NCBI GenBank assembly: GCA_013239625.1
Contig: MU054400.1
Coordinates: 3,783,802-3,847,801 of the forward strand
Direction of reading: 5' to 3'
From: Lama guanicoe
Lineage: Eukaryota
DNA length: 64,000 nt
The position numbers and the translations under genes were made by a program. The notes beneath the pieces are model-generated. The model was not told the DNA's origin, made no database searches, and worked only from the letters and a program-made list of their open reading frames with translations. The number at the start of each line of letters is the position of its first letter. The first letter of the stretch is position 1. Of the stretch, positions 1 to 10,982 are shown piece after piece.

Positions 1-135
1 CCCCTCACAGCTGGAGTCTCTCGTCAAAGCCCATGTCAGGAGCTGTTCCTCTGACATTCTGTTCCCTAGTGGGAGTCATCTCCTGCTTCTTGGAGCCTCC
101 TTGACACTGCCCCTGTGTCTCCTCAATGGCGTTTA

Positions 136-450
136 CAGGCAAACCTCACCTTATTGCATTTCACAGATAATGTGTTTATTTATTTTTTTTAACAAATGGA
201 AGGTTTGTGGCAACTTTGCATTATCAGATGATGGTTAGCATTTTTTAGCAATAAAACATTTTAAAATTAAAGTACGTCCTTTTTAAAAAAGATATAATGC
301 TATTGCACCCTTAATAGGTTACAGTATAATATAAACATAAATTTCATATGCCCTGGAAAACTAAAAAATTTGTGTGACTTGCTTTACTGCGACCTTTGCC
401 TTGTTGCGGTGGTCTGGAACCAAACCCACAACATCCCCGAGGTCGGCCTC
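136..450 (+). mobile_element. Tigger1-type DNA transposon, internal-deletion derivative
   Basis: Starts TA|CAGGCAAACCTC and ends ...GCGGTGGTCTGGAACCAAACCCACAACATCCCCGAGGTCGGCCT. These match the recalled Tigger1 termini (degenerate inverted repeats). Confidence 0.8.
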
Positions 451-2597
451 TCTTATTTTCCACTTTGTTTAGTTGTACTTGTCTTATTTCCCCAGCTGAG
501 CACAGAGGATGAGAGAAGACACTCTGGAGTGGAGGCCTTGCCTGCTGGCCTCTGACCTCGGTATTGGGTATACATGAAAAGTGAGCCTGGAGCAAATCAA
601 CAGGACAGTCTCTGCGTGGCAACAGCGGTGATTCTTAGAGCAATCTCCAAATGAACGATCCCCGTCGTCCTCAGGGCCATTAGGAAGACCACGGTGATGA
701 GCATCTTGTGATGCTGACAGTTCAGTTTGCGGTGTCACAGGGTCGGGAAAGGGGCGGTGGGGCAGTGCGCCTGCTGCAGGAAAGGGAATGGAGGGTGCCA
801 GTATTTTCAGAGATGGGAAAGAATCGGTACCTGGCGGAGGCTCCGGGGATCTCTGCTTGCTTCTGGTCCCTTTGGTGGAGGCAGCAGCCCTTGGCTGATA
901 GGCTGGAACTCTAAAAGGAAGGAGCCAGGCTCCCAGAGCTGGAAAGGAGGGGGACAGATTTCCTTGCTGCTTCATGTAAGTAAGTCCAACCGTACCCTCA
1001 TCTCTGCACCTACGACAGCTTCTGATCTACATCCTGTGATACCAAAGAAAAGCAATGCAGCTGTACTGGGGCTTATTTCCCACCTCTTCTCCAGGGAACT
1101 GGCAAATGTACTGAACGGGATTCTAGGCAAGTCTGGAAAGCCCGTTCAGGGGTCACCAGCCTCAGCCTGTGTACCTGTGGGCGTTCTGGCTCCTGAAACG
1201 TAAGGCAGTGCATAGGAAGGAAAGAAGGAAGAAAAGGTGCTGGGTGGGGAGCAGCAGTGGAAGGAGAGGGTGGGGCAGATCAGTAAAGTCCATCCAAGGG
1301 AACTACCTTGGAGAGCTGCCTCTGCTTGCTGTTCTGAGCGCTGCAGACAGTCCCCAGGGAACCGGACCTGCTCAGGACCTTCACTGGTTGATGGATGGTG
1401 GCCTTGAGGGCTGACAGGCCTGCTGGGACAGGGGAGGGAGGTAATACCTGGCGGTTTTCAGTGGAAGCCAGTGTGACTGGTTCATTTATTTCCACCATTC
1501 AGTTTTGGCTAAAGAGACAGAGTTTGTCCCCGTGGGCTGGTTCTGGAAGAGGGGAGAGGAAGCTGTCTACCATTTTTTGATCTTCTCGTTCAGATTCTCA
1601 TCTCTACTGAGGCTAACTCTCAAGGCTGGATGCCAGGAGAGGGAGGAGGAAGGACGCCAGGTGTGGCGAGAGCAGAGCAAAGCCAGGGCCAGGAGTCAGT
1701 GGGCTCGTGGCGGGGCAGGCAGGACGCACAGAGATGGAGGGCGAGGCCCCAGGGGATGGGGAGGATGAGTCCTGAGCTCGGAGGCCAGCTTCCCATGACC
1801 CTCTGGAAGGAGGTGAAAGTCTCCCGGCGGGATTCACGGAAGTGGACGCAGCCACCATCTGTCCCTCAGCCCTGCTCTTTCCCGACTCTCTCACCTCCCA
1901 CTTCACCCCACCCTCCCTGTGAAGCCCAGACTGACTTAATTCCCAGTGTTCTGCGCCTCATGGGCTTATCCAGCGCTGCACTCACCACTTGTTTTACAAT
2001 TATCCCTTTACGTGGCCGCCTTTCGTGAATTTGGGCGCCTGGGGGCAGGGCCAGGGTCTCATCGTCCTGCAGTCCCAAGGCCTAGCCCGGCACCTGGCAC
2101 GTGCCAGTGCCTGGGGAGTGCTGAGTGGATGAGCAACTGTCCATTGTGACATATGGACATCCTCAAGGTCACACAAACAGCTGTGCGACACGAAAGGTCA
2201 GGCGATTACCTTCCTGCAGGAGGGTGGGGGATGGAGGCTGGAAAAACACTTTTTAAAAAAGTGAGTATTAAATAGCTGCTTGTGAATATAATTTCTGATC
2301 AGTCAAGTTTTTCCTTCTTGTGGGCAAGTGCAAAGGAGATATCGAGGCAGTTAAGTAGACAGGAGACAGAGCCGTGCTCCCTACCTCTGCCCAAAAGATT
2401 GAGTTGGTCAAGCTAACTCTCTAAGTGAACCAAGTAGCAGTGCCTTGGACTCCGTCCCCACCCTTAAATGACTCCCTGCTTGAAGACTCTTGCAGAAATC
2501 ATTAAAAACTTGGCCAAACGACCACTTCCCCAGATGGAGTCTATTGGTGTACTACTCAGTGTTCTACAGAGCCACAGAACCAGCAGGAGACACACAC

Positions 2598-2804
2598 ACA
2601 GTCAGCCCTCAGGATCCTTGGACTCTCATCCACAGATTCAACCAAAATCAATAATAAAAAAATACTGGAATCAAAAATATTGGGGGAAAAATTGCAGAAA
2701 GTTTAAAAAAGTAAAACTTAAATCTGCTTTGTGCCAACAACTATTTACATAGCACTTACATTGTATTTACAACTATCCAGGGGGGTTGTAAAGTATATGG
2801 GAGG
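2598..2804 (-). mobile_element. MER2-like (TcMar-Tigger) DNA transposon fragment, truncated next to the retropseudogene
   Basis: CAGTCAGCCCTC...CACAGATTCAACC...AACAACTATTTACATAGCACTTACATTGTATT...AAAGTATATGGGAGG resembles the recalled MER2 consensus. Confidence 0.6.
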
Positions 2805-2869
2805 GTTGGTACCTTGGCGGCTGTGCACTGGCCGCCCCGGCCTTTCGGTCCTGGTGGTGCCTCGCCACC

Positions 2870-3740
2870 ATGACGGACCAGGCCACCTCCTTTGCCAAGG
2901 ACTTCCTGGCCAGAGGGAGCACCCCTGCCATCTCCAAGACGGCCGTGGCCCTGATCGAGCAGGTCAAGCTGCTGCTGCAGGTGCAACCCGCCAGCGAGCA
3001 GATGGCGGCCGACAGGCAGGACCAGGGAATCACGGACTGCACTGTGCACATCCCCAAGGAGCAGGGTGTGCTGTCCTTCCAGATGCGCAGCCTGGCCACA
3101 GTCATCCACTACTTCCCTATGCAAGCCCTCAATTTCGCCTTCAAGACCTTCCTGTGGGGCGTGGACAAACACATGCAGCTCTGGATGTATTTCACGCGCA
3201 ACCTGGCCTTCGGTGGTTGAAGGAGGGAGAGCCTCCTCCCTCTGCTTTGACTACCCTCTGGATTTTGCCAGAATCCACCTGGTAGCCAATATAGGGAAAT
3301 CCAGCATGGAGCGGGATTTCAAAGGCCTGGGAGACTGGTGAACATCGCCAAGTCTGACGGCATCTGAGGCCTGTACCAGGACTCTTGGTGTCTCTGTGCA
3401 GGGCATCGTCATCCACCTGGCTGCCTACTTCGGCGTGTAGGACACTGCCAAAGGTGTGCTCCCCAACCCCAAGAACACCCACATCGTGGTGAGCTGGGTG
3501 ATTGCCCAGGTTGTGACAGCCGTGGCCGGCTTGGTCTCCTATCAGTTCAACACTGTGGAGCTGCCAATGCAATGGGGGCACGAAGGAGCTGACATGTACA
3601 GGGGCACGCTGGACTGCTCGTGGAAGATCTTTGAAAATGAAGGGGGCAAAGCCTTCTTCAAGGGCATCTGTTCCAATGTCCTCCATGGCAAGGGCAGCGC
3701 CTTCGTGCTGGTCCTGTACGACAAACTGAAGGTCATCTGG
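2870..3740 (+). pseudogene. SLC25A6: Processed pseudogene of ADP/ATP translocase 3 (SLC25A6/ANT3)
   Basis: Intronless, with a GCCACC-ATG start. Fragments [44 protein letters not shown] and [36 protein letters not shown] lie in different frames. There are stops at 3218-3220 and 3339-3341, a deletion in the DKYKQ region, and the RRRMMM motif is lost. VDKH, HIVVSW and KIF are ANT3-type residues. Confidence 0.92.
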
Positions 3741-4094
3741 ATGGCGCCCCACCAGCACAGGACCAACAGAACCACGTGGAGTACTTAACTATGACAGTCC
3801 ATGGACCTCTGGGAAAGTCCAGTGTCCTTGTGGAGGACTCACTGTGATCATGAGCGCACCCTGGGTCCATGCACTGAGTATGGGGGTGAGTGGAGGGGAA
3901 TCATGGCGTCTTTGCAGGTCCTCATGTGAGGCAGCTCCTGTGATTCAGTCTGAGTCCAAAGGTCTGAGAACTGGAGGAGCTGATGGTGCAACAGAGCAGG
4001 ACCCTGTGCAGCTCTTCCTGGTACCAGTGCTTTCCATGCCCCACCATTTCTTGTTTGTAGGGAAGTCGCTTCATTCAGCCTCCTTGACCTTCCC

Positions 4095-4513
4095 TGAGTT
4101 CCAAAGGGCAGCAACCATTGTGACTATCTGTCTCCAGAACTTTCTCATCTTCCCAAACCGAAACTGTCCCCGTTAAATAATAGCTCCCCATTCGTCCTTC
4201 CCCCAACCCTGGCAACACCATTCTACCCTCTGCCCCAATGAGTCTGGCTCCTTTTTGTACCTCATATTAGTGAATCACACAGTATTTGTCCTTGGGTTGT
4301 GACTGGTGTATGTCACTTGGCACGATGTCTTCAAGGTTCATCCATGCTGTAGCATGAGTCAGAATTTCCTTCCTTTTTAAGGCTGAATAATAATATTCCA
4401 TTGTATGGATACAACATGGATATGAAAGCTGCATTTTGTTTATCCATTGATCCATCACTGTATACTCTAGGTTTCCCCCATCTCTTGGCCATTGTGAATA
4501 ATGTTCCTAATGC
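4095..4513 (-). mobile_element. L1M (L1MB-like) 3' fragment
   Basis: Typical antisense L1 3' sequence: CAAGGTTCATCCATGCTGTAGCATG..TTCCTTCCTTTTTAAGGCTGAATAATAATATTCCATTGTATGGATA. Confidence 0.8.
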
Positions 4514-5997
4514 TGTTGAACACGCAAGTTCATGTACCCAACGCACAGTAAGGCCAAACAAACCGAAATGCTGGAGTCTGCAGCAGAGAGAGGTTTACTG
4601 CAGGGCCAAGCAGGGAGAACGGGTGGCTTGTGCTCAAAACCCCGGATCCCTGATGGTTCTCAGGGATGTCTTTACAGGCAAAGTTTGGGGTGAGGGCTGT
4701 AGGGTGTGTGACTTTCTTCTGATTGGTTGGTGGGGAGGTGACACGGCGTGTCCCAGGAATCCTGTGCTCAGCCTGGTGCTGCCATCCCCCACCTGGGTGG
4801 GCGCCTCAGTTCCTGCAGAAGAACTCAATGATATTGTTATGGACACTCCTCAAGGAGGAACCAGGACTCTGCTTTATTGCTGCACTATTGCTTCTTGACT
4901 GTTCCTCCCTTTTTTTCCCTGCATTCCCTCCTTTCTCTGATTAGTAACTGTTCTAAATCTGCCCTTTGGGACTCAGGGAAGGTCTAGGAGGATTTAGCCT
5001 TTTTCCTACAAACAAGAAATGAGGGGTATGGAAAGGCTTTTATACCTAGGAGGGCCCCCACAGGGTCCTGCTTGGTTTAAATTCCCCCTTTTCTTTGAGC
5101 CTCCTCAATCTTGAAGGAAACAGGTGTTGGACAAAAAAAGGAAATAAGGTTTTGGATAGAGAGGTTAATCATAAACTCGGCAGAAGAACTCAGTTCTAGG
5201 GGAACTCAGTTTCACTAAGAATATGGGTATACAGGAAAATTAACAATTTTAAATAAGAATAAATACAGCAAACCTTAGACATATTTTGATACTGGCATAA
5301 TCTTGGGGTGGCCTTATAATTTATCAGCCGAAAGTGGTCATTTCTGAGAGTGAGCAGGGCCACTGTTAACAACCGTGCTGGGATATGAGGCATATACTGG
5401 GACTGTCAGGGCAAACGAGGCTAAAGGCTCACCTTCATCCGTGCAGATATAAGCAAAGAGGTTAGGGGGGCCCTGGAGAAAGAGAGCCAGGAATGGCTTT
5501 CTTGACATTTTGTGATCTAAGCCTGTCTACAATGCTTGCCCTTGAACAAGTTTCAGTAACTAATGATCCCAAAAGAACAAAGGAATTCACGAACAGAGAA
5601 AAGGCAGTCAAACAGCAGTGCAGTGAGAAAGCAGAGTGCTGGTCCCTCCTCAAGGGATGTACATAATACACCTTTGAGTTCTGCCAGAGCCAGGTGGAGG
5701 ATGGAATGGTTGTGTTGACCCTTCTGACTTCAATCAACTAAACCTGGACTCTGTCGATCTTTGTCCCAGTTCTGTGCTTAATTCTCCTCTGCTCAGGCCC
5801 CTTCATGAATATGCAGGTACCCTTAGCTTAAAACTTTCCCAATTGCGCTATTCAGGGAGACACTGCTTTGGAAAAGATCCCCCGTGTTCTCTTTACTTGC
5901 TGCAAGTAATAATAAATCCTTCCTTCTCCCCATCCATGGCTTGGTTGTGTCTTTGACCTGACAGGTACCAAGAGGCAAACCCACTTTTTGGGTAACA
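4514..5997. mobile_element. ERV-type LTR composite (antisense LTR ~4514-5075; sense LTR ~5440-5997)
   Basis: TG...CA boundaries (TGTTGAA at 4514, GGGTAACA at 5997). An LTR-like AATAAATCCTTCCTTCTC lies near 5911. The block directly abuts the L1M fragment. Confidence 0.6.
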
Positions 5998-7089
5998 GGG
6001 GTGCAGGGGCCGTGTTTTGGTGGTGTTAGTAGCAACTGAATGACGGCAGACGGGGTGCAGTGAGACAGGCGTGGTCTCTACTCAGGTGGACCTTACACAC
6101 TTAAGTTTGTTGATTCTTCTGTGATGCAGACTTGATAATGTTTGCTGTCTTCCTCTAAGAAGAGGAAAAATATCTGAATTTCTGCAGTATTTCTGAGTTT
6201 AAGATACAGAGAAGTTGGCTATGTTGAGAGTAAAACATAAAACAATCTCGGTTTTCTCTGTAAATTGGCTTCACATTAAGTTGCTTTAAGTAAATGCTAT
6301 CTTTCTCTATTCTGAAAAGTTAATCTTTGAACATGACATTTCAAAGACTTACAGACTCTCAAGCTGGCAGGCAGGGAGGGCTCTATCTCATCCCAGGCTT
6401 CTCGCATCATGCATAAACCTCTTCTGAATCCTGGAGCAGCCCACCCAGCCCCACGTGAGTCCCTGGAGTCGCCCCTCCCCTGTGGCAGCCCCCATGGCTG
6501 TTACAGCCTTCTCTGTCTGTTTTCTAGGGGACAAACACCAGGTTTCACTCATTTTGACTCACTTTACTCACAACACATTTTACTTACTTTGAGTAAATGG
6601 TATGTGTAAGATCCAGGGCCATATACATTTTGTCAATCCCAGGGCCTCAAAAAGTCCTAGCACAGTGCAGGCACGGAGCAAGTTTCTGTCGACTGATAGA
6701 ATGAACGAATAAATGGACTGAATACTGGAAAATAAGGAACAAGAAATGATCTGCTGCAGCACCAAGTCAGTCTACTTGACTTAACTTCCTCACAGGAGTG
6801 AGGGAAGTCCTACATGTTTATCTTTAACTTACTTCCTTGTACTTGATAAAGTTTCTGCCCCAGAGTCCTCATGGAGAATTTCAACTAGGTCAGTGGATTG
6901 TATAGTCCTTTGATGCTTTTCTTCAAATGCCCCTAACTGTTCAGAAATAACCATCAACGGGACGGACCATCAAAGGGCAATTTCACAGCTGAATAATTAA
7001 GACTTTTTACTAGTGTGGCTTAAAAAACTGGTCAGTATATTGAGGCCAAGTCTAATGCTGACAAACAAGATTAAAAAATACCACCAGAG

Positions 7090-7322
7090 GGACAAATTGG
7101 TTCCACTTATATGAGGTACCAAGAGTAGTCAAGTCTATGGGGAGGAAGGATGAGAAGCTACTGTTTCATGGGTGCACAGTTCTAGCTGGGGTAACAACAA
7201 AGCTTCAGCGACGGACAGTTGTGGTAGTTGCACAACAGTGTGAATGTACTTCATGTCACTGCACTTTACACTTAAAAATGGTTAAAATGGTCAATTTTAT
7301 GCTATGTATGTTTTACCACAAA
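7090..7322 (+). mobile_element. L1MB-like 3' UTR fragment
   Basis: TTCCACTTATATGAGGTACC...GTTGCACAACAGTGTGAATGTACTT...CACTTAAAAATGGTTAAAATGGTCAATTTTATG...TTTTACCACA. Confidence 0.8.
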
Positions 7323-7450
7323 ACATCTCTTGAGAAAGGCAAGGTCCCATGCCACCTTACGTGGGCATTCGAAGAAGGGCCACAGAAGACCTTTCCCTTC
7401 ATTAGCTCTCCTGGAATGTCATACCTGGTCTCTCTATTTAAGAAAGCTCT

Positions 7451-7564
7451 TATGACTGAAAAATTGTGCTGAACACTGGAATTTGACACATTGTAAAATG
7501 ACTATAAATCAATAAAAAATGTTAAAAAAAATAGAGAGAGAAAGAATGACAAAAAAAAAAAAAA
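7451..7564 (+). mobile_element. Short 5'-truncated young L1 3' end with poly(A) and perfect TSD
   Basis: TSD AAGAAAGCTCT at 7440-7450 and 7565-7575. Contains AATAAA and A-tails. Confidence 0.7.
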
Positions 7565-7899
7565 AAGAAAGCTCTGGGTCAAATGTGTTAGGACAAAAAC
7601 TAGTGGACCCTGAGGGTCCCCTGGTTCTGCCGGTTAGGCAGTGGTGGCCGAGCTGGGGATCCCAGCTACCAAAAAGCTACTAAGAAAAATGGGCCTGGGG
7701 TCCCCAAGACCCTTTTAGTATTTTAGAACAATACCTTAGGGAAATCACAGTCAGCACTTGGAGTCAAAGCGCCAGGTACAGTCTTGGCCTTTAAATTCTG
7801 TCCACTCAGGGTGGGAACGTGGGTGTCTCATGCTGATCAGAAATCCTGAGCACCATGTGGGTGTCCAGTGAAAATTACTACTCCTACCAAATTCCTCCA

Positions 7900-8065
7900 G
7901 AGATGAAGAACTTGCCACTCAAAGGTGGTCAGCAGAGCCAAAGTATGGGTTTTACTTGGGTTTTGGCTGGATGTGCAGAACCCGAGACCCTTGGAATCAG
8001 GTCTGCATTTTAACAAGATCCCCACGTGACTTATTTATACCCTAAAGCCTGAGAAGAACTGCTTC
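7900..8065. mobile_element. MER5A-like hAT-Charlie MITE (similar copies at ~38600-38775 and ~43850-44005)
   Basis: GAATCAGGTCTGCATTTTAACAAGATCCCC..GTGA motif. Confidence 0.65.
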
Positions 8066-10224
8066 AAGACACAGATTCCACGGGGAATAAAAAGGTACTT
8101 TATAGTGAACAGTTTGGGAATTACTTGTTCATGAAAGTAGAACCATGAAGCAACCCAGTAAGCTACCAAAAAAATACAGTTTTAAGCTGGGGGACTATTG
8201 CTGGACAGAGCCCTTGCCTTGGAGAAGACTGAACTTCATGCCACTGACGAGAATCATAATCTTTACCAAAGATTTTGTGGGAGGGAGAGAGGAAGCTGAC
8301 ATCACACATCCCACGGTGACTTAACCCCCATATGGCTCTGCATCTCAAAAGAGGTTGAGGGTAGGGTGGACCTCCAGCCCCGCTCTTCCTCTTAAGTCTG
8401 GTGTGGCACACCCGGGCCCAGGAGGTTCAGCTTGCTTAAGGCAAATTCATCTTTACACAGGAATTCTCTTAACAGGATACAATTTTCTCTGTATAGTTGT
8501 ATTTTTAGTTCTTTACAGACGTGCTGCTGTGGTCATTTGAAAGAAATACAGATTTCCCCCAGATTTTAGTATGGGATTTCCTAATTGTGTGGAAACTCTC
8601 ACTTCCACAAACTATTGCTTTGACTGATAATCCACGGGTCACAGAACCACAGCGTGCTGAGCGTCTACTCTCGGCTGGATGCTGTTTACGTGCAGGTAGC
8701 TCCCTGACTTTCCCCAGTTCTGAGACAGTTCTAGAGAAGGGGAAACAGGCCCAGAGAAGTCACATAACCTGTGCCAGGTCACAAGGCCACACGATGACAG
8801 AGCCCGTGAGCAATCCAGGTGTATCTCACCCTCAGCCTACACCTCCCCTGCTCACCAGCCTCCCATGAACTAGCTGAACGTCTGCATCGCATCTGTGTTC
8901 ACTCCACACTGAAGCTGTCTCTCTGGCCTGGGGCCTGTCTGCTCTGAGACACAAATGGGACCCTGATGGCTAGAAACCTTTGCAGGCTGCGAGGGTCCTT
9001 ACAGTTGCTGGATGGCATGGGAATTACCAGGAAACTTAACATCACAGGCTTTCGCATTTCCTGATCTCTCAGCCATCAAAACGAGACAAGAAAGGCTGTT
9101 CTTTCATTTTCTTTTTTAAGGTATTTCCTACATAATGAAACCTAGGAAGTACTGGAAATCCAAGGGACATCTGATCATGTAGGAACTTCTTCAACCCCAT
9201 TCCACCCTTTTTTCTTTGAGAAAAAAAAACGTTGTTGTGGGTCCAGAGACAGAGGGCAGGGAGACGCTCTGTAGCCGTGCGGCACAGTGGCCCCTCACCC
9301 CCTCATCTCCCGAAATTCTTCAAGGGGTATTTGAGCCACAGTGGCGAGCCACCCAATCAGCATGTTGCTATGAAGAGTACAGTGGGCTTGCAAAGGTGGT
9401 CTAACTGGGATCAGCCATTGGCTCTGCCTCTGCGTGACGCTCCCTTGATGGCAGGTGATGGCCTGCAAGCCCCACAGGGGCACCATGGAGTGACCTCACA
9501 GGATGCCCAGGGTTTGGAGCAGAGCTTCTACGGATACGATGCAGCGCAGACAAAACATGCTATGGCTGTAGGACAGTCATCTTGGCAAAAATAATTACCA
9601 CGTGCCTTGATGTTAGATGAGTATCAAAGAAAATGACAGTGCTTCTGTCTTCAAGAACCTCTCAGTATTAACCAGGAATCAAACCAAAACCCAAACACCA
9701 GTCCAAGCACTGCTGGTGGGATTGGCCATGAGCCATAAAAGAATGGTCTTGGTGAGGCTGGGGTGTTAACAGAGTCCCACTGATTTCACCTAAGCCTTCC
9801 TCACACCTGTCTCTCCCACAGGTCCTATTTGGGGTTTTGCAGGAATTTCCTCCTGTCCAACCTCCTCATTCAGCCTCTCATGCTCCCCGGGCAGCCAGGG
9901 TGACACTTTTAAATGCAGTTGCTTTGATGACCCGCCCCTTGTGAGAAACTTCAGCGGCTCCCAACACCTACAGAACCCAGAGAAAGCCCTCGTCCCAGGC
10001 CTGCCCTGCCTCCCAGCTGTCTCCTGCCCCTCCTGCGTCTCAGTCTCCTGAGCGCTGGGCTCCCAGCACGTCTGCAATTCTCTTCCCTAAATCTACATCT
10101 TTTAAGACTCAGTTCAGGGGTCATAACCTCTAAGATACCTTTTTAGAAGTGCACCCCCGGTCTTGGTTCTTAACATGACACGCAGTGTGGCCTAAGGGCG
10201 AGGTGCACAGGGCTGGAGCCAGGT

Positions 10225-10410
10225 GGCCCCGGTCGTCATCCTGGCTTGGCCATGGACCATGCTGCCTTAGGTCCCCTATTTTATCCACGCCACTCTTCAG
10301 CTTGTCATCTACGAGACAGAAAATAATCAGACCTACTTCACTGGGTTGCTGTGAAGATGAGGTTAATTAGAACAGTTCCTGGCATGTAGCAAGTATGGGA
10401 TAAATGCTAT
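10225..10410 (+). mobile_element. MIR SINE (further MIR cores at ~13775-13970, 17740-17940, 24690-24870, 29985-30130, 34120-34330, 34570-34740, 35310-35480, 40040-40230, 51990-52180, 62310-62550, 62720-62880, 63460-63690)
   Basis: MIR core motifs across these copies: CCTCAGTTTCCTCATCTGTAAAATGGG / ACAGATGAGGAAACTGAGGC and GGGTTGTTGTGAGGATTAAATGAG-like sequence. Confidence 0.7.
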
Positions 10411-10976
10411 TAGCAACACTTACTCTATTCTTTTCATGGGTGTCTCTTTCATGTATCAACCCTTAAGATCTTTGAGATCAGAGGCTGTCTCTGGTTATCT
10501 GCGAAGCCTCAGGGATGGCGGAGAGCAGGTGCTCACAAATGTGTCTGAAGGCAACTATTAAGAACCCTTCTGCAGGAGATAAACAAAGCTCTGAGGACAG
10601 AGCTGGAAAAAAGCATTCCTGGTGGGCACAACAACATGCGAGAAAGGAAGGAAGAAATCTGCGTGGGAGGCTGTAGGAAGCAGCATGGATGATCCTCATG
10701 TTGAAGGAGGGAGAAAGACACGGCAGAAGTAGAAAAGAAATGATGAGGACTCTGGAGCCCAGAATAACTGAAATGATTCCGTCAGTGGGCCGCATGGGGA
10801 ACCCAGCAACTGAAAGACTGGATGTGACAGAATCGGGTGGGGAAAATTCTCAGCAGCAAGGAGACCGGTTAGAAAAATATGAGATTATTTGTTAGTAGCT
10901 ATAATGGCTACTATTCCCAAGCCATCCTCTCTTAAAAGAAAAAGCAATTTTATGATCGTGAAGAGACATTTTTCTT

Positions 10977-10982
10977 TTTATT
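10977..10982 (-). terminator. ISCA1: Distal polyadenylation signal (AATAAA) of ISCA1; 3' UTR ~1.55 kb
   Basis: TTTATT on the plus strand at the end of an AT-rich, repeat-free stretch downstream of the stop codon. Confidence 0.7.

Noticed and set aside
2731..3775. Long antisense and alternative-frame ORFs (184, 138 and 188 aa)
   Set aside because: Shadows of the GC3-rich SLC25A6 retrocopy.
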